Source: Perna viridis
Taxonomy: Eukaryota
Length of the DNA stretch: 64,000 bases
Direction: 5' to 3'
Assembly: GCA_037379345.1 (NCBI GenBank)
Contig: CM074515.1
Location: forward strand, 15,004,001 to 15,068,000
A program made the translations under genes and the position numbers. Below are positions 62,372 through 64,000 of this stretch, piece by piece (positions within the stretch are counted from its first letter, which is position 1; the number at the start of each line of letters is the position of its first letter). The notes beneath the pieces were generated by a model, which saw nothing but the letters and a program-made list of their open reading frames with translations, was not told the origin of the DNA and searched no databases.

Positions 62372-62626
62372 CAGGGGCGGATCCAGGATTTTAGATGGGG
62401 GGGGCACAGTTAACATTTGGCCGAGCGGAGCGAGGCGAAAAACTTTTGTAGGTTAAATTTTTGAAATATTCTTCTAGAATGAGTGGAATGTAGATATCTT
62501 TTGTGATAAAATTTGCGAGAAATTAAAGTTTCAACTTATAACCGCCTAAATCTGCCCCTGACACCCCAAGCTTTGCAAATTTTAGGGGGCGTACGCCCGC
62601 CACGCCCCCGCCTGAATCCACCACTG
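62372..62626. mobile_element. GC-rich MITE with 5-bp target duplication
   Basis: cttgt|CAGGGGCGGATCCAGG ... CCTGAATCCACCACTG|cttgt; related single ends near 29995 and 32575. Confidence 0.65.
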
Positions 62627-62899
62627 CTTGTTGGAGTATCCGCTTTTTCCTGTTAAATTGGCTTTTTCATGATGTCTCCATAGATGGTCTCATTCCTTTC
62701 ATACAAATACTTCTTGGACTTCATCGCATTAGAACCAAACTCTATTCTTTACTTCTCATTCTACTACACTCCATTTACAAAACAAGCCTTGACACTCCTC
62801 TTTCTGACACTACCTGATCATTATACAGAATTGTTGCCATCATTTTGGATATTGGTTTCCACAGACTCTTTAATCCAGTTTGTGTGAAAAGTCAAGATG

Positions 62900-64000
62900 A
62901 ATAAAAACGATCATTTCTTCCACTACCGTTTGTCCACAAAGGTATAGATGTAATTAATTTGGCTAAACATCCTCCATCACAAAAACGTTACCAACAAAAT
63001 TCCCCCATATTTCAAAGACAAATCCATACCAAATATTTCATATTCCTATACTTCACCCATTGCATCCAAAATTTTCAATTATAAATGGCTATTGCAGAAA
63101 CTCGAGATCGAGGACTTCAAGACTAAACCACCTGACTGTTCTTGCAAAAACTCTCCATTCAAATATGGTCCTTCCTGTCACGTCGTTACGGGAGATTTAA
63201 CCATCATCGAAAACAAATCTCCCCGTAATATCATTTCTAAAGGTCCTAAGTACCGTGAACCACGCACCATAAATTGGAACTCTAAAGTCCTCATGGGTGC
63301 CGTGGAGAACTACGCAAGAAAATGGATAAAACGAGAACAAGAAGATATTGATTCTCTGTCAGAGTGGTTAAATGCCGTGAGGTCTTTAATTTTGAAAAAC
63401 GAATGAAATTTTAAGTAGGTCAATGAGTGCAAATTCTACACCAGTTTTTAAAGACCCCGATGTAGCAAAAAACATTGTCTACTATGCATAACAAATATGT
63501 TGTCGTACCAGCAGACAAAGCCCAAGACAACATTGTTTTTGTCTGCAAAACGTTTTGCATCCAATGTTTATTATCAGAGGTAAAGGTAGAAAATAAAAGC
63601 AGTGATAAGACATATACTGCTAACACACTCTCCAAAGAAGAGATTGTGGAAAACCATAAATCAGTGATACCCTCTTTTGGTCTCTCTACCAAGGACGATC
63701 ATAATGATTTATTGTCTATGTACTTGATTCTTAAACTCCACAAGAATCCATACAAACAACGTTACATAGCTGGATCTGCAAAATGTACTACCAAACCTCT
63801 TTCAAAACTTTTAACTTCTATACTCACAGCTGTCAAAAAGGGTCAGCAGCCCTACCACAACACGTGTTACTCACGTGGTGGCATTAATTCAATGTGGATC
63901 CTGAAAAATTCGAAAGATCTTTTGAAGACAATCAGTTCAATACTATTATCAGAATATAATAGCTTTAAAACCTATGATTTTTCAACACTGTATACTTCTA
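62900..64000 (+). mobile_element. Penelope-like retroelement ORF (N-terminal region plus start of RT), frameshifted, runs off the window
   Basis: DCSCKNSPFKYGPSCHVVTGDL..KGPKYREP, VVVPADKAQDNIVFVCK, KLHKNPYKQRYIAGSAKCTTKPLS, MWILKNSKDL, KTYDFSTLYT. Confidence 0.85.

Overview
AT-rich, intron-containing animal genomic DNA. The repeat families suggest a bivalve mollusc, probably a mytilid (inference). Five protein-coding genes can be assembled by hand with GT-AG introns and consistent phases: PIH1D2 (-, 2944-6164), NKAPD1/C11orf57 (+, 11333-17403), RSPH1 (-, 21061-25640), an NHLH/HEN/NSCL bHLH gene (+, 41031-41474) and a bestrophin (+, 48912-56799). There is also a probable terminal exon of an unidentified gene at 454-602. 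Introns and intergenic DNA hold decayed Penelope-like RT fragments, a CR1/L2-like LINE end, tRNA-headed SINE-like elements, Helentron-type elements and Kolobok-, Tc1/mariner- and hAT-like MITEs. The main highlight is a 24 x 33-bp tandem array straddling the NKAPD1 exon-2 splice donor. It creates 24 in-frame donors, and one T>A change both strengthens a donor and makes a stop codon. Other highlights: a duplicated NKAPD1 exon; the PIH1D2-NKAPD1 head-to-head pair seen in human; a candidate stop-containing RSPH1 microexon followed by Rbfox motifs; a compact ETS/forkhead/X-box/CTCF cassette at the RSPH1 promoter; and SPAK/OSR1 (RFxV) plus PP1 (RVxF) motifs in the bestrophin tail. All homology calls come from recognising sequences by eye, not from database searches.
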